A stretch of 64,000 bases of DNA from a virus. The position numbers and the translations under genes were made by a program. Within the stretch, counting starts at the first letter, position 1. The number at the start of each line of letters is the position of its first letter. This document shows, piece after piece, positions 26,889 through 35,733 of this stretch. Below the pieces are notes generated by a model. That model had not been told where the DNA came from. It made no database searches and worked only from the letters and a program-made list of their open reading frames with translations. The stretch spans positions 1 to 64,000 of the IMG/VR virus record IMGVR_UViG_3300050016_000100; one strand, written 5' to 3'.

Positions 26889-27173
26889 ATGTTCGAGAAG
26901 GTGTGCCGAGAGAACCTGATAAAGCTCGCCGACGGCTTCGCCGCGGCGACCGGCCTCTCGCTCTCGACGGTCGGCCGGAGATTCCACGGCAACCAGGCCT
27001 TCTTCACGGAGTTCAAGCGCGGCGAGTGCTCCCTGACCGTCTCGAAGTACGACGAGATGGTCGAGACCTTCCGGGCAGAATGGCCGAAGGACGCCCATTG
27101 GCCGTTCCTCCGGCCCGCGATGATCTCCCGCCCGAAGGGTAAAAAGTCGCTGGATAACAACTCTCGCCGCTAG
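26889..27173 (+). CDS. Cro-like HTH regulator
   Basis: GLSLSTVG...GN..FF...G...T......F...WP..A.WP; first rightward gene. Confidence 0.7.
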   Translation: MFEKVCRENLIKLADGFAAATGLSLSTVGRRFHGNQAFFTEFKRGECSLTVSKYDEMVETFRAEWPKDAHWPFLRPAMISRPKGKKSLDNNSRR

Positions 27174-27207
27174 TGCGGATTTCCCGAATCGCTTAAATCT
27201 TCGCTCC

Positions 27208-27423
27208 ATGAGCGACCCGTTCTACGACCGCGACGATCAGGTGACCTTCATCCAGGTCCCCCTCGACGACGCTACCTTCGCGTGGGTCATCGAGCTCGCG
27301 GAGCTTTGCCACGTCGAGCCGAGGCTCGTCATCGCGGCGATCCTTCGCGACGTCCGCGTCGACGATCAGACCGAGCACATGAACGAGCCGAGGCGGAGCG
27401 GCGGCGGGATACCGTTGCATTGA
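27208..27423 (+). CDS. Hypothetical protein
   Basis: AILRDV..DD motif; operon position. Confidence 0.6.
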   Translation: MSDPFYDRDDQVTFIQVPLDDATFAWVIELAELCHVEPRLVIAAILRDVRVDDQTEHMNEPRRSGGGIPLH

Positions 27424-27445
27424 TCCACAACAGAGAAGACGAACG

Positions 27446-27913
27446 ATGTCGAAGAACCGGAAGAAGGCGAAGAGCGGAAAGGCGGCACCGAAGCAGGAGC
27501 CGGTCAAGTCGTCGGAGGTCACGCAGCAGATCAGCGCCCGGAAGCTCTGTTCTCTGCTGGCGACAGCGCGCTCGACCTACAAGGACGTCCGCGAGATCGC
27601 CGGCGCGTTCGGCGCCGAGGTCAAGAACGCGGCCGAGCACGAGCATCTGAACAAGAAGGCGTTCAGCATGGTCAAGACGCTAGACCGGATGGAACCGGAG
27701 AAGCTCGCCGACACGCTCGACTCGCTCGACTATTACCTCGACGTCTCCGGTCTGCGGAAGCGGGCCTCACAGGTCCAACGCCTGCCGATGGGCGGCGGCG
27801 ATGAGGCGGCCGAGGAAGAACACGACACCGAGCCGGCGCGCGAGGGCGCGAAGGCCGGTAACGGTCATGCGGACAAACCGATGCCGGCGCCCGTCGGCGC
27901 GAGCGCAGACTGA
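27446..27913 (+). CDS. GapR/DUF2312-like DNA-binding protein
   Basis: VK.A....LNKKAF.....L.RM.........LDYYL...GL pattern. Confidence 0.5.
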   Translation: MSKNRKKAKSGKAAPKQEPVKSSEVTQQISARKLCSLLATARSTYKDVREIAGAFGAEVKNAAEHEHLNKKAFSMVKTLDRMEPEKLADTLDSLDYYLDVSGLRKRASQVQRLPMGGGDEAAEEEHDTEPAREGAKAGNGHADKPMPAPVGASAD

Positions 27914-27916
27914 TCG

Positions 27917-28348
27917 GTGCGGTGGACGGCGAAGCAGCTAGCCGAGCACGACGCGCGGCGGGGGATCAAACGGCCTCCCGCAGCGCCCGCGTCGAAGACG
28001 CCTGGTCACGCCCGGCTCGCGCTCGGGCGCCTCCCGACCGGGACGATGAACAAGACCGAGGCGGCCTACGACGCCCGCCTCCGGGAGCTCACCCACGCCG
28101 GCGAGGTCCTCTGGCACAAGTTCGAGGGGATCAAGCTCCGGCTCGCGGATAATACGTTCTACACTTGCGACTTCGCCGTCCTGCCGAGGTCGGGAATCCT
28201 TGAGCTGCATGAAGTGAAAGGCGGCTTCTGGACGGACGACGCACGGGTAAAGATTAAGGTCGCGGCGGCGCTCTATCCGTTCAAGTTCATCGCGGTTAAG
28301 GTCAGGGCGAAGAAGCGCGGCGGCGGCTGGGAGACGGAGGAGTTCTGA
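27917..28348 (+). CDS. DUF1064-like PD-(D/E)XK nuclease
   Basis: MNKTEA.Y...FEG.KLRLA....YT.DF...HEVKG.W.DDARVKIK. Confidence 0.8.
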   Translation: MRWTAKQLAEHDARRGIKRPPAAPASKTPGHARLALGRLPTGTMNKTEAAYDARLRELTHAGEVLWHKFEGIKLRLADNTFYTCDFAVLPRSGILELHEVKGGFWTDDARVKIKVAAALYPFKFIAVKVRAKKRGGGWETEEF

Positions 28349-29670
28349 TGAAGGGCCTGCGCTCGATCCGCCCCCTCCCGCGCGATTCGCTCCGCGGCAT
28401 CGAGTTCGCGAAGGTCGGGAAGAAACTCCCGAAGTTCGAGATCATCGACCCGGAGTCGATCTACGTCGAGGATTCCTACCAGCGCGCGATCATGAAGACC
28501 GGGCAATCCCTGATCCGGAAGATTTGTGAGAACTTCGACTGGAGCCACTACAAACCGCCGGTCTGCGTCCGCGTGAAGGAAAGCGGCAACGTTCTCGTTT
28601 GCATCGACGGCCAGCACACCGCGACGGCCAGCGCGTGCCACCCCGACATCGAGAAGATCCCGGTCATGGTCGTCGACGCTGCCGACGTCCCGAAACGCGC
28701 GGCCGCCTTCGTCGGGCACAACAAGGACCGGATCGGGCTGACGACGGTGATGATCTACCACGCCGAGCTCGCCGCGCAGGACCCGGACGCGGTCGTCATC
28801 GATCGCGCGCTGCGCGCGACCGGAGCGTCGATCCCGAAGCGCGCGATCTCGACTTCTGGGAAGGAAAAGCACCCGGTCGGCGTGACGATGTCGATCGGCG
28901 CGATCCGCGCGATCGCGAAGCGGCAGGGCCAGGACGCGCTCGAGCGCGTCCTTCGGCTCATGGTCGCGGTCGGGCGAGGACCGATCAAGTCGGTCGAGAT
29001 TACGGCGGCGGCGTTGATCTTCGCGATCTACCCGCCGCCGATCGACGACAAGCTCCGCAAAATCATCATGCGGAAAACGGCGGAGGAGTGGACTGCCTTA
29101 GGCTACGCCGAATCCGTCGCAAGCGGAAAGGCGATCGCCGTCGCCGTCGCGGCGATGTGGTGCCGCGAGCTCGGCGTCGAAGCTCCGGACCCGGGCGTGA
29201 AGGGCAACGCGACGGACCACGCCCGGCTGATCGTCGGACAGGCGCAGAAGAAGATCGCCCCCGCGCCGAAGCCGATTCCGCCGCCGCCAGCACCAGCGGC
29301 GAAAGGTAACAATCCCGCGCCTAAAGGTTACAATCCGCCCGTCTCGGCGGCCGCTCCGGCACCGGCGGCGCCGCAGCTCATCGAGCGGAACGGCGTCAAG
29401 GTCGACCTCGAGCTCGGCGCTATCTTCCACCGGAAGAAGGCCGCACGCCTCTCGGACGAAGGCGCTACCCTGGTCGGTGCGCTCGCGCGCGTTATGCCGG
29501 CGATGCTAGTCAACGACGACCTGGCGCGGAAGGTCTGGGGCAGCGCGATCGACTCGACTAACCGGATCGACGAGCTCGTTAAGCAAGTCGCCCCCGCGCT
29601 CGCGTCTGTTGACTTAAAAGTCAACACCGTCCCGAAGCTCGGCCGGACCCTCGCGGCGGTCGGGGGATAG
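28348..29670 (+). CDS. ParB-like (DUF6551-type) protein with C-terminal winged helix
   Basis: YQR, FDW, IDGQHT, A..F...N motifs; Pro-rich linker. Confidence 0.75.
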   Translation: MKGLRSIRPLPRDSLRGIEFAKVGKKLPKFEIIDPESIYVEDSYQRAIMKTGQSLIRKICENFDWSHYKPPVCVRVKESGNVLVCIDGQHTATASACHPDIEKIPVMVVDAADVPKRAAAFVGHNKDRIGLTTVMIYHAELAAQDPDAVVIDRALRATGASIPKRAISTSGKEKHPVGVTMSIGAIRAIAKRQGQDALERVLRLMVAVGRGPIKSVEITAAALIFAIYPPPIDDKLRKIIMRKTAEEWTALGYAESVASGKAIAVAVAAMWCRELGVEAPDPGVKGNATDHARLIVGQAQKKIAPAPKPIPPPPAPAAKGNNPAPKGYNPPVSAAAPAPAAPQLIERNGVKVDLELGAIFHRKKAARLSDEGATLVGALARVMPAMLVNDDLARKVWGSAIDSTNRIDELVKQVAPALASVDLKVNTVPKLGRTLAAVGG

Positions 29671-29738
29671 CGGGGACATTGGCTGGACCGGCTCCCCGAT
29701 CCGACGCTAGGCTCGGTCGGTCGAATCGGGACCCCTTC

Positions 29739-30404
29739 ATGCAAGAGCTATTTCGAGGTGCGCGGCGCGGTCACTTCGCTTGCATAGCAATCGACGATGA
29801 TTCGGCTATGCTCGAACGCGGAACGGCGGCCGAGCACATCGTCTGCGCTGATTTGCTCCTGCGGCGTTATCGGGCCTATTTGGCCGGACATGGGCTTCCC
29901 TATGACGTCGTCGCGGATTGCTTCGGCCGCCTTTCCAGGATTCAGGTAAAGGGAACGCTCCAGCCGAAGAACGTCAGCGCGAAAGGTCGCGCTCCTCGGC
30001 TCGCTTATAGCTGGAACATTAGGAAGCGCGGGAAACTTCGGGCACGGAGACTGACCAATGATCAGTGCGACGTTATTGCGCTGGTGGCACTAGACATCCG
30101 CGCGGTTGCCTATTTCCCGGTCGCAGTCTGTAAGCAGACTGTTCAGCTTTTAGCTCCTGGCGGTCGACGCGCGCGAAGTGGCCGGCGTGGATTTTTGGGT
30201 GATGTCAGTCAATACCCGCCCGAACCCGCGATCCGTCAGCGCCACGGGTTTTATAAACTGGCGCCGCTCCCTCTCGAATGTCCCCACGGTCATAAATGGA
30301 CGAAGCGAAACACGATTCAGCAAAAGGGTAGCGGGCGATCATGCCGTGAATGTCTTCGAGCATCGGCACTTCGCCGTTCGCATCGGAGATCAAAAGGTGA
30401 CTGA
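29739..30404 (+). CDS. PD-(D/E)XK homing endonuclease with C-terminal zinc finger
   Basis: G.AAE...C..L...PYD.V.D....L.RIQVK; CPHGH...N......R.CREC. Confidence 0.75.
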   Translation: MQELFRGARRGHFACIAIDDDSAMLERGTAAEHIVCADLLLRRYRAYLAGHGLPYDVVADCFGRLSRIQVKGTLQPKNVSAKGRAPRLAYSWNIRKRGKLRARRLTNDQCDVIALVALDIRAVAYFPVAVCKQTVQLLAPGGRRARSGRRGFLGDVSQYPPEPAIRQRHGFYKLAPLPLECPHGHKWTKRNTIQQKGSGRSCRECLRASALRRSHRRSKGD

Positions 30405-31005
30405 TCTTTTTCGGGGTGCAAAAAAACATCATTATGGCTGCATCGCCGTCGACCCGCCGTGGCATCACGGGACATGGTCCGACAAGGGCCGCGGGCGATC
30501 CGCAAAATACGACACGATGACCCTCGCCGAGATCGCCGACCTGCCGGTCGCCGACTACGCGGCGAAGAACGCGTTCCTCTTCCTCTGGATCACCGGACCG
30601 TTCCTCGCGCTCAGCGTTCACGCCTCGATCATGCAGGCCTGGGGCTTCGAACCAAGCGCGGTCGCTTACGTCTGGATGAAGCCGACCCGCAAGGGCTACG
30701 AGCAAGGCCACCTGTTCAACTTCCTCGACGATCCGAAGCTGTTCAAGATGGGCATGGGAAAAACGACCAGGCAGAACGCCGAGTTCGCGATCCTTGGCCG
30801 ACGCGGATCGCCGCGGCGCCTGAGCGCTGGCGTACGGCAGGAAATTATCGAACCGGCACGCGAGCACTCGCGCAAGCCCGAGCAGTTCTACGAGAAGGTC
30901 GAAGCCTTCTGCGCCGGGCCGAGGCTCGACATATTCGGCCGGCAGCGTCGGCCCGGCTGGACCGTCATCGGCAACCAGGCCGACAAGTTCGGAAGGGCCG
31001 CATGA
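30397..31005 (+). CDS. MT-A70 family N6-adenine methyltransferase
   Basis: DPPW, LFLW, WGF, GMG..TR.N.E, REHSRKPE, DIFGR..RPGW..GN. Confidence 0.9.
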   Translation: MTDLFRGAKKHHYGCIAVDPPWHHGTWSDKGRGRSAKYDTMTLAEIADLPVADYAAKNAFLFLWITGPFLALSVHASIMQAWGFEPSAVAYVWMKPTRKGYEQGHLFNFLDDPKLFKMGMGKTTRQNAEFAILGRRGSPRRLSAGVRQEIIEPAREHSRKPEQFYEKVEAFCAGPRLDIFGRQRRPGWTVIGNQADKFGRAA

Positions 31006-31210
31006 CGAAACGGATGCGCGCTCACGAGATCGAACGGAGGGCCCGAGCGAAGCGGTCATCCGCGCTGGCGCGTAACGAATTGCGCCAGCCTTCGGTCCCG
31101 CGCGTCTCCGCTGCTGGGCCGACATCGCCTGCGATCAAGGCCGAGGACCCGGCGATCCGCGCGATGATTGACGCCGCAATCGCGGAACGGAAGGCGCCCG
31201 TCGATGATTA
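31002..31210 (+). CDS. Hypothetical protein
   Basis: ATGA-coupled ORF MTKRMRAHE... Confidence 0.5.
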
Positions 31211-31485
31211 GGGTGCCCCCGCCGGAGCAATATACCGCCGCGCCGAAGCTGACGATGCAGATGCGCGCCCTACTCTGGAAGTTACAAGAGACGGGCGGGA
31301 ATCTGAGATCGACCTACGGCACCGGATTCGTCATCAGGTCGCACAATAGATTCGAGGACCGTGCCGTTCTTGTGTTCTGGACGCCAAAACGAGTCCGCGA
31401 TGCGGCGATCCGATTTGGTTACGTGGACGAGCGCGGTCGACTCACCTCCGCTGGCCGTGCAGCACTGAAGGAAGGGACGTCATGA
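31203..31485 (+). CDS. Hypothetical protein
   Basis: C-terminal LT.AGR.AL wHTH-like motif; start approximate. Confidence 0.5.
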
Positions 31486-32291
31486 CCGATGATCGATTGC
31501 CTTGGTTTCATTGCTATCCGGAAAAGTGGCTTGCTGCGCTCGCCGAAATGAAACCTGACCAAGGATATGTCTATTGGATCATCTGCTTGCGCATCTATGA
31601 AAAACGCGGCCCGATCCCCGACAGCACCGAAGCATTGGCGCGGCGCATTGGCTATCGGCCATCGCACATTCAACGCATTGTCGAAACCCTTTGCGCGCTC
31701 GGCAAGCTAATCCGGACGCCGGATGGTCGGCTGACAAACCCATTTTCTGAGCAGGAAATTCTCTCCGGTGCGCAGATTGCGTCACGAACGCGTACGATTC
31801 GAACACACGCCGCGAATATATCGTGGCAAAAACGTAAACAAAATCAACACAACGGCCATGCACATGCAATGCAAAACGGTACACAGTTAGATATAGACTC
31901 AGAGACAGAGATAAAAGAAGAAGGAAAAGAACCATCGCTCGCCCTAACGGGCGGCGATTCTACTCCCTCGGACGGATGGCCTAGTCATGCGTGGGAACAG
32001 TTCTGGGGCAAATATCTGCACAAGGTCGGGAAGGCTGATGCCAAAAAAGCGTTTGACCGCGTTCGACGCGCGCGGATCGTAACATGGGCCGAGCTCGAGG
32101 CTGGACTTGATCGCTATCTCGCGAAGACTGACGACCGGCCGTGGTGCAATCCTTCGACGTGGCTGAATCAGCACCGATGGGCGGACCAGCCAGCGCAAGT
32201 GGTATCGACACGCGCGCGCAGTGGAGGTGGGTTTGCAGCGGTTGCACGGCGACTAGGACAATCTGAGCGAAACCAGGGAGGCGAACGATGA
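31482..32291 (+). CDS. Replication initiator (YdaU/DUF1376-like)
   Basis: PWF..YP..WL...G.Y...; C-terminal FW..Y..KVGK..A...P.TWLN..RW.D. Confidence 0.8.
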   Translation: MTDDRLPWFHCYPEKWLAALAEMKPDQGYVYWIICLRIYEKRGPIPDSTEALARRIGYRPSHIQRIVETLCALGKLIRTPDGRLTNPFSEQEILSGAQIASRTRTIRTHAANISWQKRKQNQHNGHAHAMQNGTQLDIDSETEIKEEGKEPSLALTGGDSTPSDGWPSHAWEQFWGKYLHKVGKADAKKAFDRVRRARIVTWAELEAGLDRYLAKTDDRPWCNPSTWLNQHRWADQPAQVVSTRARSGGGFAAVARRLGQSERNQGGER

Positions 32292-33106
32292 CGGCTATGC
32301 CAGCGGTCCGAACGACCGGTGAACTCTATCCGGCGACAACAAGCGTCGAGATGCACCAGTTCATGTCGGCGGTTATTACAGGCGAGCGGGACGACCGCTA
32401 CAATGCGATCCTGCGAAGGGCGCTGACGCCAGCGGAACGGCAGGCGCTGACGAAGCGCGCAGGTGAGATCGCGCCGCTTCTGGAACGGGCGCAGTACCGG
32501 AAGTCGGCGAAGATCATCTCCGAGATGCTGGCGGGGTTCGGATCGTCGCGGGCGAGTGAGGACGAAGCCGAAGTTGTCGCCGCGCAATATGCTGCAGCAC
32601 TCGCTGGACATCCGCTCTGGGCTATCGAACGGGCGTGCGGGCGGTTCTCGCGTGGCGAAGTCGATGCCGACGAGGTCGGCGCGAAACACCTGGACCGTGC
32701 GTTCGCGCCGTCGACTGCGCAGCTCGCGATGATCGCGAAGAAAATCGTCAAGCCATTCGAGGACGACCTCATTCGGATCAAGATGATCTGCGGCGGAACG
32801 GTTGTGCCGGAGGAGATCAGCCCGGAGGAGCGCGAGCGTGTCGGCAAGAAGGTCGCAGCCTTCGCTGCCGAGCGCCGGCGCGAAGAGGACTCGGCCGACG
32901 AAGAGCGGCGCCAGTCAACGCAGCGTTCGCTCGAGAACACGCGCAATCTGGTTCTGGCCGAGTATCGGCAGGCCGGCATCGCGCCAGTCTATAGCGATAA
33001 TGGAACGCTCTGCTCGATCTCGCTCTACCGCTCGCTCGGCTACACGATCGAGGAGATTGACGGAAGGCGCGCGCTCGTCGCACCGGCGAAGGCGGCCGCG
33101 CCATGA
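32288..33106 (+). CDS. Replication accessory protein (helicase-loader-like)
   Basis: Y..AL...PLWAIE.AC...FAPS; follows initiator. Confidence 0.55.
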   Translation: MTAMPAVRTTGELYPATTSVEMHQFMSAVITGERDDRYNAILRRALTPAERQALTKRAGEIAPLLERAQYRKSAKIISEMLAGFGSSRASEDEAEVVAAQYAAALAGHPLWAIERACGRFSRGEVDADEVGAKHLDRAFAPSTAQLAMIAKKIVKPFEDDLIRIKMICGGTVVPEEISPEERERVGKKVAAFAAERRREEDSADEERRQSTQRSLENTRNLVLAEYRQAGIAPVYSDNGTLCSISLYRSLGYTIEEIDGRRALVAPAKAAAP

Positions 33107-33196
33107 GCGACCATCCGATCATATTCAGTGGGAATTATACGCTTGACTCCCGTGCCGTTTTGGGCTAGATTTTGAGCCTGAAAAGAGGTGTAAATC

Positions 33197-33829
33197 ATGA
33201 GTAAATCCACTGTTTCGACCTTCGAGATTTTCGCCATGTTTCCCGACCAAGAGGCCGCCCGGACCTACCTTGAAGGCCAGCTTTGGCCCAATGGTCCTAC
33301 ATGCCCGGTCTGCGGCCTTGGCGAGCGCATTACAGCGCGCAAGGGCGGCTTCTTCAGGTGCAATCAATGCCAAGAGGACTTTACCGTCCGCACGGGCACC
33401 ATTTTCGAGCGCAGCCACATTCCGCTGCACAAGTGGCTTTACGCCATGTATCTGCTGCTCACCGCCCGCAAGGGAATTTCCAGCCTTCAACTCTCGAAAG
33501 AGATCGGCATCCGCCAAGGCTCGGCGTGGTTCATGCTTCACAGAATCCGTGAAGCCTGCGGCGGCGACCTGACCAAGCTGCAAGGCATCGTCGAAATCGA
33601 CGAAACTTACATGGGCGGCATCGAAGGCAACAAACACAAATCCAAGAAGCTGAATGTCGGCGGCGGCACGGGCGGCAAGGCCGCCGTCCTCGGCATGAAA
33701 GAGCGCGGCAAAGGCGGTCGCACTAAGGGCTTCAAGATCGAAGCAACCGACGCGCAAACGATCCGGGACGTGATCGTGCAGAACGTCGAGGTTGGTTCGA
33801 CGCTGCACACCGATGAACACCTTGCCTAT
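33197..33829 (+). pseudogene. IS1595 transposase, N-terminal part
   Basis: Zinc ribbon WP.GP.CP.C...C..C, FTVRTGTIFE, VEIDETY.GG, LHTDE. Confidence 0.9.
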
Positions 33830-35113
33830 CATGCCTATCCGGTTGACGCACACAGGTACTAGATGTTGATGGAACACACCGAGATTTTGGCGGAAGGCAT
33901 CACCCAATATGTAGGGGATTGCCGCGACGTGCTGCGCACGTTGCCGCCCGAGTCCGTGCATTGCTGCGTAACCAGCCCGCCCTATTTCGGCCTGCGGGAC
34001 TATGGCACCGCGACATGGGAGGGCGGAGACCCTACTTGCGACCATCTGAGGCCCGCCGCGCACGGTTACAAGCCGTTTGAAACCTCTACCCTCGGACCTA
34101 AAGCCGATGGAATTTCCGCCGACAATTCCGCCCATGCCGATGCCGTCAAGCGCCAGCAATACAAGGGCACTTGCTCCAAGTGCGGCGCTCACAGGATCGA
34201 TAGTCAGATCGGTCTTGAGCCGACGCCCGCCGCCTTCGTTTCCGAGTTGGTAGGTGTGTTCCGCGAGGTCCGGCGCGTTCTCCGCACGGACGGGACGCTG
34301 TGGCTCAACCTTGGGGATTGCTACTGCGGAGCAGGGTACTCGAATCACACGTTGGAACGGAACGGTGCGGCGCAACGCGCGGACGGCGGCAAACAAAAGC
34401 ACGGCACCGTGTGCCTGGATGGCCTCAAATCCAAGGATTTGATCGGTATCCCGTGGATGGTTGCCTTTGCCCTTCGTGATGATGGCTGGTTCCTGCGTTC
34501 CGACATCGTGTGGAACAAGCCGAACCCAATGCCGGAAAGCGTGACCGACAGGCCGACACGCTCCCATGAATACCTGTTTTTGTTGACCAAATCGGCACGG
34601 TATTTTTACGATCACGAAGCCATTGCCGAACCCGCCACAATGAAGCCGCAGGCTCGGTTGACGCCGCGCGATTTTGTGAACGGGAAAGACGCTGGCAGGG
34701 CCGCGCACCGCCGTCCCGATTATCGAATCCGTGACGATGCCGAACAGGAAAACGCGACCCGCAATAAACGATCCGTTTGGGAGGTCACTACCAAGCCTTT
34801 CGCGGGTGCCCACTTTGCAACCTTCCCGCCCGACCTGATCGAGCCGTGCATCCTCGCTGGATGCCCTGCGGATGGCACTGTGCTCGATCCTTTCGGCGGG
34901 GCTGGCACAACAGCCCTTGTCGCTGATCGCCTGCACCGCCGCGCCATTCTGATCGAACTGAACCCCGAATATGCGGCGATGGCCGAACGGCGTTTCCGGT
35001 CGGACGCGGGAATGTTTGCGCGTGTCGAAACCGTCAACACTACAGGTAGACCATGAAGGGAACACTAGATGTGGTGTCATTTTCGACCTGTGTGCGTCAA
35101 CCGGATAGGCATG
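33830..35113. mobile_element. Non-autonomous TIR cassette carrying a DNA methyltransferase
   Basis: Perfect 28-bp TIRs (33830-33857, 35086-35113); 8-bp TSD TTGCCTAT (33822-33829, 35114-35121). Confidence 0.92.
33863..35056 (+). CDS. N4-C/N6-A DNA methyltransferase (beta class)
   Basis: VTSPPY, LWLNLGD, HFATFP, VLDPFGGAGTT. Confidence 0.92.
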   Translation: MLMEHTEILAEGITQYVGDCRDVLRTLPPESVHCCVTSPPYFGLRDYGTATWEGGDPTCDHLRPAAHGYKPFETSTLGPKADGISADNSAHADAVKRQQYKGTCSKCGAHRIDSQIGLEPTPAAFVSELVGVFREVRRVLRTDGTLWLNLGDCYCGAGYSNHTLERNGAAQRADGGKQKHGTVCLDGLKSKDLIGIPWMVAFALRDDGWFLRSDIVWNKPNPMPESVTDRPTRSHEYLFLLTKSARYFYDHEAIAEPATMKPQARLTPRDFVNGKDAGRAAHRRPDYRIRDDAEQENATRNKRSVWEVTTKPFAGAHFATFPPDLIEPCILAGCPADGTVLDPFGGAGTTALVADRLHRRAILIELNPEYAAMAERRFRSDAGMFARVETVNTTGRP

Positions 35114-35412
35114 TTGCCTATGCCGGAATGGGCGGGCTGTTTTTCAATCACGAAACGATCAATCACGGCAACGGCGAGTATGTCCGCGACGGCGTGACGA
35201 CCAACTCGATTGAGTCCGTGTTCGCCGTTCTTAAGCGCGGGATCATCGGCGTGTACCACCACGCCAGCAAAAAGCACATTGGCCGTTACGTCGATGAATT
35301 TGCTTTCCGCTTGAACGAAGGCAACGTGCAGCACCACACCATGACCCGCCTGCAAAGCCTTGTCGGCGCAGTCAAGGGCAAACGGCTGACCTACAAAACA
35401 TTGACGGCATAG
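35114..35412 (+). pseudogene. IS1595 transposase, C-terminal part
   Basis: H.TINH..GEYVR..VTTNSIES.FA.LKRGI.GVYH..S.KH..RY..EF.FR.N. Confidence 0.9.
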
Positions 35413-35421
35413 GAGAACACA

Positions 35422-35628
35422 ATGGCTCGCGTGATTTTTATCTGTGATGGCTGCGGTAAGCAGGGTGACGGTTATTTCGGCCAGCTTTGCGAAGCTCACA
35501 AGCCATCCGATTGGTTCGCTCGGCGCGACAAAGATGGCGAGCGCGAAGTTCAAATAGCTTGCTCTCGGCGCTGTATTGGTATTGTCGCATCTAAAACCGG
35601 CAAGACTGCCTGCATTCTGCCAGTCTGA
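35422..35628 (+). CDS. Small zinc-binding passenger protein
   Basis: CDGCG...ACS..C; TAGGAG RBS. Confidence 0.6.
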   Translation: MARVIFICDGCGKQGDGYFGQLCEAHKPSDWFARRDKDGEREVQIACSRRCIGIVASKTGKTACILPV

Positions 35629-35733
35629 GCGAACGCATGAAAACACCAAAATCATTCGACGCGATGACAAAGATCGTCCTTGCCTATCGACCGAAACCGA
35701 AAACCAAAAAAGCGCGAGCGCGCAAGAGGAAAC

